Of a stretch of 64,000 nucleotides of DNA, positions 18,468 through 29,276 are shown piece after piece (the first letter of the stretch is position 1; each line of letters starts with the position of its first letter). Below the pieces are notes generated by a model, which did no database searches, was not told the origin of the DNA, and saw nothing but the letters and a program-made list of their open reading frames with translations. Origin of the DNA: Zetaproteobacteria bacterium. Its GTDB lineage: Bacteria; Pseudomonadota; Zetaproteobacteria; Mariprofundales; Mariprofundaceae. The position numbers and the translations under genes are program-made. Location: positions 2,524-66,523 of the forward strand of contig JAJRTF010000109.1 of NCBI GenBank assembly GCA_021545585.1. Direction: 5' to 3'.

Positions 18468-20267
18468 ATGGCGTATCTGTCCACGGATAAGGTTGAACAT
18501 CATTTCCATGATGTGGTGATTATCGGTTCCGGCGGTGCCGGTATGCGCTGTGCCCTGCAACTGGCCGATGCAGGCCATCGTGTCGCAATCATCACCAAAG
18601 TGCTGCCGACCCGATCCCATACGGTGGCTGCGCAGGGCGGCATCAATGCCTCACTGGGCAATATCGATTCTGATCACTGGCATTGGCATATGTATGACAC
18701 GGTCAAGGGCTCCGATTATCTGGGTGATCAGGATGCTATCGAATACATGTGTCGGGCTGCACCGCTTCTGGTGCGTGAGCTTGAGCATCAGGGTGTACCA
18801 TTCTCGCGCCTTGATAACGGGCGTATTTATCAGCGTCCCTTCGGCGGCCAGTCGCGTGAGTTTGGCGAGGGCGGTCAGGCTGCGCGCACCTGTGCAGCAG
18901 CGGATCGGACCGGCCATGCTATCCTGCATTCGATGTATCAGCAGAACCTTCGTGCCAAGACGCACTTTTACCAGGAGTTTTTCGCCCTTGACCTGATCAC
19001 CGATGATGAAGGCTGTCAGGGTGTGATGGCCTGGGATATTGCCAAAGGCGAATATCATCTGTTTCAGGCCAAGGCGGTGATTCTGGCCACCGGCGGCGCC
19101 GGTCGTGTTTTCAAGGTGACGACCAATGCCCATATCTGTACCGGTGATGGCGGAGCACTGGCTCTGGACGCCGGACTGCCGATGGAGGATATGGAGTTCT
19201 TCCAGTTCCATCCGACCGGCATCGCCGATGTCGGCCCGTTGATTACCGAAGCGGTGCGTGGTGAGGGCGGCTACCTGCTCAACTCTGAGGGTGAACGCTT
19301 TATGGAGCGCTATGCACCGACGGCCAGGGATCTGGCCAGCCGCGATGTGGTGTCCCGGGCCATTGCACAGGAACTCCGCGATGGTCGGGGCTGTGGTCTG
19401 AACAAGGATCATGTGCTGCTGAAACTCGATCATCTGGGCAAGGAACTGATCATGTCCAAATTGCCCAACATCCATGAACTGGCACTGCGCTTTGCCAATG
19501 TGGATTGTACCCGCGATCCCATTCCCGTACAGCCAACGGCGCACTATACGATGGGCGGTATCCCGACCAATCGCTTCGGCGAGGTGGTGTATAACAAGGG
19601 TCGCAGTAAAGAAGGCGTGTTTCCGGGACTGTATGCCATTGGTGAGGCAGCCTGCGTATCGGTGCATGGCGCCAATCGTCTGGGCGGCAATTCGTTGCTG
19701 GAGATTGTTGTGTTCGGCCGGGCCTGTGGCAATCAGGTGATGAAGCGGTTGAGAGAGCATCGTTATCATCCCCAGCTGGATACCGAAAGCTGGCAATCGG
19801 GTGTCGAGCGGGTTGAGCGCTGGCTGTCTGCTGCCACCGAGAATCGGCAGGGACCGGGTATTGCCGATATCCGTTTGCGTATGCAGACCATTATGCAGGA
19901 TCATTTCAGTGTCTATCGTACTGAGGATGTGATGTCCGAAGGTGTGCAGCATATCGAGGCGCTGGCAGCCGAGATGGAGCATGCCGTGATTTCGGATGCC
20001 AACCGCCTGTTCAACACCGAACTGATTGAAGCCATGGAGCTGGAAAACCTGATGTCGCTGGCCCGTGTGACGGCAGCGGGCGCTCTGGCACGCAAGGAGT
20101 CACGTGGCGCGCATGCCCGCGATGATTACCCCGAACGCGATGATGAACACTGGATGCAACACACGCTGGCATCCATCCAAAAGAATAAAGTAAAACTTGC
20201 TTACAAGCCGGTGCGTACCAAACCGATGACAGTCGAATCATTCCCGCCCAGAAAGAGGGTATACTGA
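18468..20267 (+). CDS. sdhA: succinate dehydrogenase flavoprotein subunit
   Basis: [14 protein letters not shown] dinucleotide fold, the covalent-FAD His motif ([10 protein letters not shown]), HPTG and RGEGG. The ATG at 18468 follows GAGGAG. Confidence 0.95.
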   Translation: MAYLSTDKVEHHFHDVVIIGSGGAGMRCALQLADAGHRVAIITKVLPTRSHTVAAQGGINASLGNIDSDHWHWHMYDTVKGSDYLGDQDAIEYMCRAAPLLVRELEHQGVPFSRLDNGRIYQRPFGGQSREFGEGGQAARTCAAADRTGHAILHSMYQQNLRAKTHFYQEFFALDLITDDEGCQGVMAWDIAKGEYHLFQAKAVILATGGAGRVFKVTTNAHICTGDGGALALDAGLPMEDMEFFQFHPTGIADVGPLITEAVRGEGGYLLNSEGERFMERYAPTARDLASRDVVSRAIAQELRDGRGCGLNKDHVLLKLDHLGKELIMSKLPNIHELALRFANVDCTRDPIPVQPTAHYTMGGIPTNRFGEVVYNKGRSKEGVFPGLYAIGEAACVSVHGANRLGGNSLLEIVVFGRACGNQVMKRLREHRYHPQLDTESWQSGVERVERWLSAATENRQGPGIADIRLRMQTIMQDHFSVYRTEDVMSEGVQHIEALAAEMEHAVISDANRLFNTELIEAMELENLMSLARVTAAGALARKESRGAHARDDYPERDDEHWMQHTLASIQKNKVKLAYKPVRTKPMTVESFPPRKRVY

Positions 20268-20977
20268 TGACTGACGTGATTAAGCTCTCCGTATTCCGCT
20301 ATGATCCCGAGAAGGATGATAAGCCGTTCATGCAGTCCTATGAGGTGGCTGTCACAAAACCGGGCATGAAACTGCTTGATGCACTGAATTATATTAAATG
20401 GCACATCGACGGCACGTTAACCTATCGACGCTCCTGTGGTGAGGGCGTATGCGGTTCTGATGGCCTGAATATCAATGGTGTAAACGGCCTTGCATGCATC
20501 ACCCCGATTGAGGGTTTGAAGCAACCGATCCATGTGCGACCGCTGCCGAGCATGCATGTAATCCGCGACCTGGTTGTGGATATGAACCATTTCTTCGATC
20601 AGTACCGTCAGATTCAACCCTGGATGCAGACCACGACTCCGACACCTGAGCATGAACGCCTGCAATCGCCCGAAGGCCGCAAAATGCTGGACGGCCAGTA
20701 TGAGTGTGTGCTGTGCGGCTGCTGTACGACTGCCTGCCCATCCTGGTGGTGGAATGGTGATCGCTTCCTCGGCCCGGCCGCGTTGCTGCAGGCCAACCGC
20801 TGGATTGTCGATTCGCGCGATGAATTAACCGGCAAACGACTGGATCAGATCGAAGACGCTTTCCGCCTTTATCGCTGCCATCAGATTATGAACTGCATGG
20901 AGGCCTGTCCGAAAGACCTGAATCCGACGGCTGCCATCGACAGCATCAAGCGCAAGCTGCTCGCCAGAAAGTCGTAG
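20267..20977 (+). CDS. sdhB: succinate dehydrogenase iron-sulfur subunit
   Basis: Three Cys clusters: CGEGVCGSDG..C, CVLCGCCTTAC, and C..IMNC.EACP. Confidence 0.95.
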   Translation: MTDVIKLSVFRYDPEKDDKPFMQSYEVAVTKPGMKLLDALNYIKWHIDGTLTYRRSCGEGVCGSDGLNINGVNGLACITPIEGLKQPIHVRPLPSMHVIRDLVVDMNHFFDQYRQIQPWMQTTTPTPEHERLQSPEGRKMLDGQYECVLCGCCTTACPSWWWNGDRFLGPAALLQANRWIVDSRDELTGKRLDQIEDAFRLYRCHQIMNCMEACPKDLNPTAAIDSIKRKLLARKS

Positions 20978-20986
20978 GTTTTTTTG

Positions 20987-21217
20987 ATGGATGATGCGCA
21001 GTTGCAAATGCGCCGCATGCGCTATCGGCTGAACCGGCAGGGCATGCTGGAGCTTGATGCGTGGCTGGCACCCATGCTGGATGCTGATTTCAGTGATCCC
21101 GAGATTGTACAGGCGGCGCTGGCGCTGCTGTCTTGTGAGGCGCCTGAATTGCAGCGCATGATGCATGGTGAGATCGAGATGCCCGAGATTCTGAAGCCAT
21201 GGCTGGTCTGTCCGTGA
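20987..21217 (+). CDS. sdhE: FAD assembly factor SdhE (Sdh5/DUF339)
   Basis: About 76 aa with R.RY...RGMLELD and DxD..ll motifs, immediately after sdhB. Confidence 0.75.
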   Translation: MDDAQLQMRRMRYRLNRQGMLELDAWLAPMLDADFSDPEIVQAALALLSCEAPELQRMMHGEIEMPEILKPWLVCP

Positions 21218-21954
21218 AAGGGCTATGGCTTGTCGGGCTGCTGTTTGTACTGCCCGGATGCCCTGCTGCGGGCCCTGAGAAGACTCCGGATTTCGTGGAT
21301 GCGTATGCCCAGCATGATGCGCTGGATCTGCCGGCATCAGCGCTGGTGTTCGAGCCGGCTGAACTGGATATGGGTCAGGTTCGCGAGGGGGAAAAGGCAG
21401 TTGCACATATTCTGATTCGCAACTCCGGCAGCAGTATGGAAAGCATTGTTTCCATGCAAACATCCTGCGGCTGCTCTGTGGTTGAACCCGGGCAGCATCT
21501 TTTGCAGCCCGGCGGTTTCACCCGTGCGACCATTACCATTGATACCTTCGCCAAGCAGGATGATGTGAAGAAATGGGTGGAACTGACCGATGGTCAGGGG
21601 CGCAGGAGTCGTGCGATCCTGCATCTGAAGGTGTTGCCGAACCCGCATCTGAAAACCGGTGGCCGCAGTATTTTCGATGGGCAGTGTGCCACCTGCCATG
21701 TTAAGCCTGCCGAGGGTAAGACGTCTGGTCCTGCGGTCTATCAGGCTGTGTGCTCCATGTGTCATGGCGCGCAGGCCGAGGGTGCCTATGCCCCCTCACT
21801 TCGGAGATTCAGGGATATGGACGCGTTATCTGCATTGATCGGCCATGGAACCGGATCCCGGTATATGCCCGGGTTTGCCCGCAGGCAGGGCGGGCCGCTT
21901 GATGATGCGCAGATCAGGGCACTGGCTGCATGGCTTTTGACGCTGGACGATTAG
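21199..21954 (+). CDS. lipoprotein fusing a DUF1573 (Ig-like) domain to a c-type cytochrome domain (two CxxCH)
   Basis: It has a lipobox LPGC. The DUF1573-like core is FEPAELDMGQVREGEKAVAHILIRNSG...CGCSV. CATCH and CSMCH heme motifs are followed by an MPGF-type Met ligand region. Confidence 0.65.
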   Translation: MAGLSVKGLWLVGLLFVLPGCPAAGPEKTPDFVDAYAQHDALDLPASALVFEPAELDMGQVREGEKAVAHILIRNSGSSMESIVSMQTSCGCSVVEPGQHLLQPGGFTRATITIDTFAKQDDVKKWVELTDGQGRRSRAILHLKVLPNPHLKTGGRSIFDGQCATCHVKPAEGKTSGPAVYQAVCSMCHGAQAEGAYAPSLRRFRDMDALSALIGHGTGSRYMPGFARRQGGPLDDAQIRALAAWLLTLDD

Positions 21955-22147
21955 GCGCTGTACGGGTATACATTCGGACTATTCAAAAAACACTGAAATG
22001 GCTAGCAGGTGATTTCAGATGGCAGGGCAACCCTGTAGGTTGTGGTTGCCCGATGGATGCTGTTGTTCAGTGCTGCCAGCTTGGTATGGATCAGGCAAGT
22101 GTCCCGAGGCTTCGGGCTGTGTCAATATTAAGAGGGGATATTCAACC

Positions 22148-22810
22148 ATGAAAAAAGATTTAGTTATTGCGCCATCCATTCTATCAGCTGATTTTGCTGA
22201 TCTGGGGGCTGAGATTCGGGCCATTGACGTGGGCGGCTGCGACTGGGTTCACTTCGATGTGATGGACGGCTCATTCGTACCGCCGATCACCATCGGTGAT
22301 AATGTATGCAAGGCGATCCGCTCGCATACCGAGAAGCCGATTGATGTACATCTGATGGTCAACCATCCGGATACGCAGGTTGAGGCATTCGCCAAAGCCG
22401 GTGCGGATATCATTACTGTGCATCAGGAGGCGTGCACGCATCTGGAGCGCACGCTGCAATTGATCCGTTCGCTGGGTAAAAAAGCCGGTGTGAGCCTGAA
22501 TCCGGCCACACCTGTATCGACCATCAAAAACGTGCTCCATTGTACTGACCTGGTGCTGCTGATGAGCGTGAATCCGGGTTACGGGGGTCAGTCCTATATC
22601 CATGCGGTTACCGACAAGATTCGTGAAGCTCGCCAGATGCTGGATGATGCCGGTTGTGATGCATGGCTCGAAGTCGATGGCGGTGTGAATGCCGCGACGA
22701 TTGCCGAGGTTACAGGTGCCGGAGCTGATGCTGTAGTGGCCGGCTCGGCTGTCTACAACAAGCCGGATTATGCGGGGGCCATGGCCGAGTTGCGAGATCT
22801 GGCCGAGTAG
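22148..22810 (+). CDS. rpe: ribulose-phosphate 3-epimerase
   Basis: PSILSADFA, HFDVMDG.FVP, H.MV, VNPGYGGQ and DGGV motifs. I prefer the ATG at 22148. Confidence 0.92.
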   Translation: MKKDLVIAPSILSADFADLGAEIRAIDVGGCDWVHFDVMDGSFVPPITIGDNVCKAIRSHTEKPIDVHLMVNHPDTQVEAFAKAGADIITVHQEACTHLERTLQLIRSLGKKAGVSLNPATPVSTIKNVLHCTDLVLLMSVNPGYGGQSYIHAVTDKIREARQMLDDAGCDAWLEVDGGVNAATIAEVTGAGADAVVAGSAVYNKPDYAGAMAELRDLAE

Positions 22811-22820
22811 GGTTCCGGGA

Positions 22821-22846
22821 GCTGCCGGAAACCGGCAGCTTTTATT
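22821..22846 (+). terminator. intrinsic terminator after rpe
   Basis: GCTGCCGG-AAA-CCGGCAGC followed by TTTTATT. Confidence 0.65.
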
Positions 22847-22928
22847 GACGGATGTCGGACAGGCTGCTAGCCATGCGGCTTGTGAATTTCCGATGAAGCT
22901 TTTTTCATAGTCTAGGGAGGAGGTATTT

Positions 22929-23528
22929 ATGACAGATCAAGCAGATCAGTCGCGGCGCAATTTTCTTTATGTTGCTGCAGGCGGCATGGGCGCAGTTGCT
23001 GCCGGTGCAGCCGTTGTTCCATTTTTGGGAAGTATGTTACCGGCTGCGGATACGCTGGCCGCATCCAAAACCGAGTTTGAGGTTTCTACCGTTGAAGCCG
23101 GCCAGCTGGTCGTGATTCAGTGGCAGGGCAAGCCGGTGTTTGTCGTTAACCGTACGCAGGAATATCTGGCTCAGGTGGATGGGCATGATGATATGCTCAA
23201 GGATGCAAACTCCGAAGCCATTGAAGCCGTGTCGGCTGCATGGATGGATACGCCGGAGAAACGTAAATATCGTTCGATCAAACCTGAATACCTGATTGTG
23301 GTTGCCAGTTGTACGCATCTGGGCTGCATTCCGCTGTTCAAACCGACCAAGGGCCGCAAGGACTGGGGCGATTCAGTGCCTGAGAACTGGCCGGGTGGCT
23401 GGCATTGCCCATGTCATGGTTCCCTGTATGACATTTCCGCACGCGTGATTAATGGTTCGCCTGCACCGCATAACCTGCATCTGATGCCATATAAATATCT
23501 CAGCGACACGAAAGTGTTGATCGGATAA
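22929..23528 (+). CDS. petA: ubiquinol-cytochrome c reductase Rieske Fe-S subunit
   Basis: A Tat-like RRNFL signal and Rieske boxes CTHLGC and CPCHGS. Confidence 0.92.
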   Translation: MTDQADQSRRNFLYVAAGGMGAVAAGAAVVPFLGSMLPAADTLAASKTEFEVSTVEAGQLVVIQWQGKPVFVVNRTQEYLAQVDGHDDMLKDANSEAIEAVSAAWMDTPEKRKYRSIKPEYLIVVASCTHLGCIPLFKPTKGRKDWGDSVPENWPGGWHCPCHGSLYDISARVINGSPAPHNLHLMPYKYLSDTKVLIG

Positions 23529-23541
23529 GGGGGGGGGATAA

Positions 23542-24759
23542 GTGTTAGATAAAATGATGAAATCCAAGCTGTTCGGCTGGATCGATGAGCGCACAGGCGC
23601 TGAAGCGATCATCAAATCCCAGCTGACAGAATACGAAGTGCCGAAAAACCTGAATTATATGTGGAACTTCGGTTCGCTCGCGCTGCTGGTGCTTGTGCTG
23701 CAGATTGTCACCGGCATTTTCCTGGCCATGTACTACAAGCCGTCTGCGGCTTTGACCTATGGGGGCTATACCATCGCCTTCGATTCGGTTGAGCGTATTA
23801 TGCGTGACGTGAATTTTGGCTGGCTGCTGCGTTATATGCATGCCGTGGGCGCATCGGCCTTCTTTGTTGTGGTCTACATGCACATTGGCCGCGGTCTCTA
23901 CTATGGTTCTTTCAAGGGTCCTCGTGAGCTGCTGTGGATTATCGGTGTGGTGATTCTGCTGATTATGCAGGGTGCCGCATTCTTCGGTTATTTGCTGCCC
24001 TGGGGCCAGATGTCCTTCTGGGGTGCAACCGTGATTACCAACCTGTTCGGCGCCCTGCCGGTGATTGGTGAGTTTATCCAGCAGTTGCTGATGGGTGGAT
24101 TTGCAGTGGGTGATCCGACGCTGAACCGTTTCTTCTCCCTGCATTATCTGTTCCCGCTGTTACTCGCAGCCATTGTCGGTGGTCATGTGCATGCGCTGCA
24201 TGTGGTACATTCTAATAACCCGACGGGCCTGGACGTACACGAGGGCAAGAGCACGATTCCGTTCCATCCTTACTATACGGTGAAGGATGCTTTCGGTGTG
24301 GGCGTGTTCCTGACCATCTATACCTACATCGTGTTCTTTAACCCGCAGATGGGTGGCTACTTCATTGAGGTGGATAACTATGTACCGGCCAATAATCTGC
24401 AGACGCCTGCGCATATTGCTCCGGTCTGGTATCTGACCCCGTGGTATACCATCCTGCGTTCGTTCGAAAGCAAGTTGCTCGGTGTGCTGATGATGGGTGC
24501 ATCACTGGCGATTCTGTTCGTGTTGCCGTTCCTGGATCGCTCCAAGGTTCGTTCAGCACGCTACCGCCCGGTGTACAAGCAGATGGTGTTCCTGTTCTTC
24601 ATCACTGTGGTTGTGCTGGGCTACTGTGGTCATTCCGCTCCGACCCCGACCCTGAAACTGATCGGTCAGTTGGCTACGACCTATTACTTCGCTTTCTTCC
24701 TCTTGTTGCCGCTGGTGAACAAGTTCGAGAAGACCAAGCCATTGCCGGAGGAGATTTAA
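23542..24759 (+). CDS. petB: cytochrome b of the bc1 complex
   Basis: 405 aa and polytopic, with N.NYMWNFGS, the RY.H..GAS heme His region and PEWY-like PVWYL. The start may be the ATG at 23554 or 23557. Confidence 0.92.
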   Translation: MLDKMMKSKLFGWIDERTGAEAIIKSQLTEYEVPKNLNYMWNFGSLALLVLVLQIVTGIFLAMYYKPSAALTYGGYTIAFDSVERIMRDVNFGWLLRYMHAVGASAFFVVVYMHIGRGLYYGSFKGPRELLWIIGVVILLIMQGAAFFGYLLPWGQMSFWGATVITNLFGALPVIGEFIQQLLMGGFAVGDPTLNRFFSLHYLFPLLLAAIVGGHVHALHVVHSNNPTGLDVHEGKSTIPFHPYYTVKDAFGVGVFLTIYTYIVFFNPQMGGYFIEVDNYVPANNLQTPAHIAPVWYLTPWYTILRSFESKLLGVLMMGASLAILFVLPFLDRSKVRSARYRPVYKQMVFLFFITVVVLGYCGHSAPTPTLKLIGQLATTYYFAFFLLLPLVNKFEKTKPLPEEI

Positions 24760-24760
24760 C

Positions 24761-25456
24761 ATGATGTTGAAGCAATTGTGGATTGCAGCTGCTGCTGCAC
24801 TGGCTCTGGGCATGCCTGCCATGACATGGGCGAACGAGGGCCATGGAACGGCTCTGAAACATGCGGAAATCGATGTGACGAATCAGGAACAGATTCGCCG
24901 CGGTTTGACGGTATTTACCGATGTTTGCATGGGTTGCCACTCGGCCAAGTATGTCACCTACAAGGGATTGATGGATTATCCCGAGATCGGCATCAGTCGT
25001 GAGCTGGTGGATGAACTGCGTGGCGACAAGCCGCTGACTTCAGGCATGATCACGGATCTGAGCCCGGAAGATGCGGAAGTATCCTATGGCAAGGTTCCGC
25101 CTGATCTTTCCCTGATCGTCAATGGTCGTCGTGGCGGGCCGAACTACGTCTACTCGATCCTTACCGGTTTCGAGCATGATCCGGATGGCAAGGTTCCGGA
25201 TGGAAACTTTAACAAGTATTTCCCGGGCAACCGCATTGCCATGCCGGATCCGCTGTCCTGGCTCGATCACGATGCATCGGATACTGCTGAACTTGAGGAA
25301 CAGGCACATGACGTTGCTGCTTTCCTGACCTTTATCGGTGATCCGCACCAGAATGAACGCCATACCATTGGTAAGTATGTGGTGGGATTCCTGATCCTGT
25401 TGACGCTGGTTCTGTACCTGCTGAAGAAGGAAGTCTGGAAAGACGTGAAGCATTGA
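24761..25456 (+). CDS. petC: cytochrome c1
   Basis: Signal peptide, CMGCHS heme motif, and a C-terminal TM anchor; follows petB. Confidence 0.88.
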   Translation: MMLKQLWIAAAAALALGMPAMTWANEGHGTALKHAEIDVTNQEQIRRGLTVFTDVCMGCHSAKYVTYKGLMDYPEIGISRELVDELRGDKPLTSGMITDLSPEDAEVSYGKVPPDLSLIVNGRRGGPNYVYSILTGFEHDPDGKVPDGNFNKYFPGNRIAMPDPLSWLDHDASDTAELEEQAHDVAAFLTFIGDPHQNERHTIGKYVVGFLILLTLVLYLLKKEVWKDVKH

Positions 25457-25480
25457 TTTACTGATGCTGCATTGAATAAG

Positions 25481-25513
25481 GCCCGCCGGCATCCACCGGC
25501 GGGCTTTTTCGTT
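25481..25513 (+). terminator. intrinsic terminator after petC
   Basis: GCCCGCCGG-CATCCA-CCGGCGGGC followed by TTTTTCGTT. Confidence 0.7.
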
Positions 25514-25635
25514 GGGCAGATGCCCCGCGCGGTCGGTGTTTACCTTGACCGGTTCTGGCCCCGTTCGTACACTCGCCATCACTGTGCGGCCTCAGGCCCG
25601 GTGCAGTGTATATTCTTTCGGGAGCCAGTCAGTTC

Positions 25636-26817
25636 ATGCGTGAATTCGATAAAATCAAACGACTGCCTCCCTATGTTTTTGCAGTTGTTAATCAGCTGAA
25701 AATGGAACTTCGCCATGCCGGTGAGGATATTATCGATCTGGGCATGGGTAATCCCGATCAGCCGACCCCGCAACACATTGTTGATAAGCTTTGTGAGGCG
25801 GCTCAGGACGGCCGTAATCATCGCTATTCCGTGTCGCGTGGTATTCCGGGTTTACGCAAGGCCATCTGTGCGTGGTATAAACGCAAGTTTGATGTCGACT
25901 TGGACCCCGAGGCCGAAGCCATTGCAACCATCGGTTCCAAGGAAGGCCTGGCGCATCTGGCTGTGGCCATTACTTCGCCGGGCGATCTGGTGCTTACCCC
26001 GAATCCTGCTTATCCGATCCATCCCTACGGTTTTATTATCGCGGGTTCCGATATTCGCCATGTGCCGATGGGGCCGGGCTATGATTATTTTGAGGAAGTG
26101 CAGAAGGCGGTGAAGGATTCCTGGCCCAAACCGAAGATTCTGGTGGTCAACTTCCCGTCCAATCCAACGGCAGAAGTAGTGAATATCGATTTTTACGCCA
26201 AACTGGTCGATTTTGCGCGCGACAATGATCTGATTGTGATTTCCGATATCGCCTATGCCGAAATCACCTTTGATGATTACAAGTGCCCGTCCATTTTGCA
26301 GGTTCCGGGCGCCAAGGATGTGGCGGTGGAATTCTATTCGCTGTCCAAGAGCTATAATATGCCCGGTTGGCGCATGGGTTTTATGGTGGGTAACCGGGAA
26401 ATTGTCGCTGCCCTGACCAAGATCAAGTCGTATCTTGATTACGGCACATTTCAGCCGTTGCAGATTGCTGCATGTGCAGCCTTGAACGGGCCGCAGAAAT
26501 GTGTTGAGGAGATTCGGCTGATGTATCAGTCGCGCCGCGACACCCTGATCAGCGGCATGCACAATATGGGCTGGATGGCTGAGAGTCCGAAAGCCACGAT
26601 GTTTGTCTGGGCCGAGATTCCTGATGAATTCAAAGCGATGGGCTCGCTGGAGTTCTCCAAACTGATGCTCAGGGAGGCAGGGGTGGCTGTGTCGCCCGGC
26701 GTTGGCTTCGGTGATTATGGTGATCATTATGTGCGTATTGCCCTGATTGAAAACGAGCATCGTACCCGCCAGGCGCTGCGCGGCATGCGCCAGTTTCTGC
26801 ATGCCGGTGGTGAGTGA
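25636..26817 (+). CDS. class-I PLP aminotransferase (AlaA/AlaC-like)
   Basis: [16 protein letters not shown]-terminus, GNPD, and the [15 protein letters not shown]-lysine motif. The position upstream of hom-thrC is common in proteobacteria. Confidence 0.85.
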   Translation: MREFDKIKRLPPYVFAVVNQLKMELRHAGEDIIDLGMGNPDQPTPQHIVDKLCEAAQDGRNHRYSVSRGIPGLRKAICAWYKRKFDVDLDPEAEAIATIGSKEGLAHLAVAITSPGDLVLTPNPAYPIHPYGFIIAGSDIRHVPMGPGYDYFEEVQKAVKDSWPKPKILVVNFPSNPTAEVVNIDFYAKLVDFARDNDLIVISDIAYAEITFDDYKCPSILQVPGAKDVAVEFYSLSKSYNMPGWRMGFMVGNREIVAALTKIKSYLDYGTFQPLQIAACAALNGPQKCVEEIRLMYQSRRDTLISGMHNMGWMAESPKATMFVWAEIPDEFKAMGSLEFSKLMLREAGVAVSPGVGFGDYGDHYVRIALIENEHRTRQALRGMRQFLHAGGE

Positions 26818-26882
26818 AGCGCAAATTAAGCCGGAGTGTAAGGATATCTTCTTTCGAGCCTTCGTGATGAGTGGAGTTGTAT

Positions 26883-28208
26883 ATGAATGAAATACGGGTA
26901 GGTCTGCTGGGTTTGGGCACGATCGGTACGGGCGTGGCTCGTATTTTGATCGAGCAGCAGGAGCTGATGTCTCGCCGCCTTGGTAAAACATTACGCCTTG
27001 CCGCAGTGGCCGATCGCAATCTTGAGGGTGATCGGGGTCTGGATTTGAGCGGTGTGCGTATGTGCAGCGATGCTCAGGATATCGTGACGGCCGGTGATAT
27101 TGATCTGGTGATTGAGCTCATTGGTGGCTATGAGCCGGCGCGCAGCTTTGTGGCCACGGCCATTGAGCATGGCAAGCATGTGGTGACAGCCAATAAGGCA
27201 TTGATAGCCAAACACGGCGAAGAATTGTTCCCTCTGGCGCGCAAGCATGGCGTGGCAATCGGTTTCGAGGCTGCTGTGGGCGGCGGTATCCCGTGCCTGA
27301 AGGCGCTGCGCGAGGGTCTGGCTGCCAATGCTGTTGAATCGGTGTATGGCATCCTGAACGGCACCTGTAATTTCATTCTCACCAAAATGGAGAACGAGGG
27401 CGCGGATTATGCCGAGGTGTTGAAAGAGGCGCAGGAACTCGGTTATGCCGAGGCCGATCCAACCTTCGATGTGGAAGGCGTGGATACGGCCCACAAGCTG
27501 TCTATTCTTGCTTCCATGGCATTTGGCTCACGCATCAGGTTTGACGAGGTATTCACCGAGGGTATCAGCAATATTACTGCGGCGGATATCGAGGCAGTAC
27601 GTGAACTGGGCTATCGCATCAAATTGCTGGGTATTGCCAAGCCGCATGGGCAGAACGGCCAGGTGGAAAGTATCGAGATGCATGTGCACCCGACACTGGT
27701 GCCGGTTGAGGCGCAGATTGCCCAGGTTTCGGATTCCTATAATGCGGTGCAGGTGTCCGGTGATTTTGTTGAGCATACGATGTATTTCGGCCGTGGTGCC
27801 GGCGAGCGGCCAACGGCTTCGGCAGTGATGGCCGATGTGATGGATATCGCCCGCGTACTGCCGGGCGGTGTCGAATATCTTGCACCTCCGATGGCTTATG
27901 TCGAGGAAGAACGCCGGGATGTCGCGACACTGCCAATGGCCGATGTGGAGTGTGAATATTACATCCGCCTGATGGTGAATGATGAGCCGGGTGTGATTGC
28001 CGCAGTGACGTCCATTCTGGCCGATCAGCGTATCAGCCTTGAGGCTGTATTGCAGAAGGAACGCCATGCCGGACATCAGGTGCCCATTATTCTCATGGCC
28101 CATGAAACGACTGAAGGTAATCTGCAGGCGGCGATGGCGCGCATTACGGAGCTTGCTGCCGTGAATGAGAATGTGCTGATTTTGCGCAAAGAATCTTTTG
28201 GGGCCTAG
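26883..28208 (+). CDS. hom: homoserine dehydrogenase (with C-terminal ACT domain)
   Basis: GLLGLGTIGTG NAD fold, the ILNGTCNFIL catalytic region, and an ACT-like tail. Confidence 0.92.
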   Translation: MNEIRVGLLGLGTIGTGVARILIEQQELMSRRLGKTLRLAAVADRNLEGDRGLDLSGVRMCSDAQDIVTAGDIDLVIELIGGYEPARSFVATAIEHGKHVVTANKALIAKHGEELFPLARKHGVAIGFEAAVGGGIPCLKALREGLAANAVESVYGILNGTCNFILTKMENEGADYAEVLKEAQELGYAEADPTFDVEGVDTAHKLSILASMAFGSRIRFDEVFTEGISNITAADIEAVRELGYRIKLLGIAKPHGQNGQVESIEMHVHPTLVPVEAQIAQVSDSYNAVQVSGDFVEHTMYFGRGAGERPTASAVMADVMDIARVLPGGVEYLAPPMAYVEEERRDVATLPMADVECEYYIRLMVNDEPGVIAAVTSILADQRISLEAVLQKERHAGHQVPIILMAHETTEGNLQAAMARITELAAVNENVLILRKESFGA

Positions 28209-28217
28209 GGGATAGAC

Positions 28218-29276
28218 ATGCCACGTTACGAAGGAATCATTAACCGTTACCGGGCCTTCCTGCCTATCGGCAAGGATGATGCTGTCATCACCCTGTATGA
28301 AGGCAATACGCCATTGCATGAATCGCATAATCTGCGCAATGCCATCAATCCTGAATTGAACATCTTCCTGAAATTTGAAGGTCTTAATCCGACCGGTTCG
28401 TTCAAAGATCGCGGTATGACGATGGCTGTAACGCAGGCTTACAATACCGGCAGCCGCAAGGTGATTTGTGCTTCAACAGGGAATACTTCGGCTTCTGCCG
28501 CCGCTTATGCAGCTAACTGCGGCATGGAAGCCTATGTGCTGATTCCCGACGGCAAGATTGCGCTGGGCAAGATGAGCCAGGGGATGCGCTATGGTGCAAA
28601 GGTGATCCAGATTCGCGGCAACTTCGATGATGCGCTGGAGCTGGTGCGCAACATTTCGACGGATGGTTCGATTTCGCTGGTGAATTCGGTCAACCCTTAC
28701 CGTATTCAGGGGCAGAAGACGGCATCATTCGAGATTGTCGATGAGCTTGGCTTTGCGCCCGATTATCATACCCTTCCTGTTGGCAATGCCGGCAATATCA
28801 CAGCCTACTGGATGGGCTATAAAGAGTATTTTGACAAACGTATCAGCAAGAGCCTGCCGAAGATGATCGGCTTTCAGGCCGCCGGTGCGGCTCCGATTGT
28901 CAATGGCGCCCCGGTTGAGAATCCTGAAACCGTTGCTACGGCTATTCGTATCGGAAAGCCTGCATCATGGAAGCAGGCGGAAGCGGCGCGTGATGAATCC
29001 GGTGGTGTCATTGAGGCGGTGACGGATGAAGAAATCCTTCAGGCCTACGACATGCTGGCCTCCATGGAAGGTGTGTTCTGCGAACCGGCTTCGGCGGCTT
29101 CGGTTGCCGGCGTAATCAAACTGAACAAGGACGGCCGCTTCAGGCCGGGTGACAGGATTGTCTGTACACTGACCGGCAATGGTTTGAAAGACCCGGATAC
29201 GGCCATGAAGGGGATCCCCGCACCGGTCACCATTGATGCCACAGAGGATGCGGTTCGCAGAGTGCTTGGAGCCTGA
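28218..29276 (+). CDS. thrC: threonine synthase
   Basis: PLP-lysine motif [12 protein letters not shown] and the GNAGN loop, 352 aa. Confidence 0.92.
   Translation: MPRYEGIINRYRAFLPIGKDDAVITLYEGNTPLHESHNLRNAINPELNIFLKFEGLNPTGSFKDRGMTMAVTQAYNTGSRKVICASTGNTSASAAAYAANCGMEAYVLIPDGKIALGKMSQGMRYGAKVIQIRGNFDDALELVRNISTDGSISLVNSVNPYRIQGQKTASFEIVDELGFAPDYHTLPVGNAGNITAYWMGYKEYFDKRISKSLPKMIGFQAAGAAPIVNGAPVENPETVATAIRIGKPASWKQAEAARDESGGVIEAVTDEEILQAYDMLASMEGVFCEPASAASVAGVIKLNKDGRFRPGDRIVCTLTGNGLKDPDTAMKGIPAPVTIDATEDAVRRVLGA

Noticed and set aside
21930-22151. A 73-aa ORF fills the gap upstream of rpe. A similar 75-aa ORF at 25472-25699 lies upstream of the aminotransferase gene.
   Set aside because: They have no ribosome-binding site and no recognisable motif. 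They are Cys/Trp/Arg-rich in a way typical of random frames, and they overlap terminator or hairpin structures.
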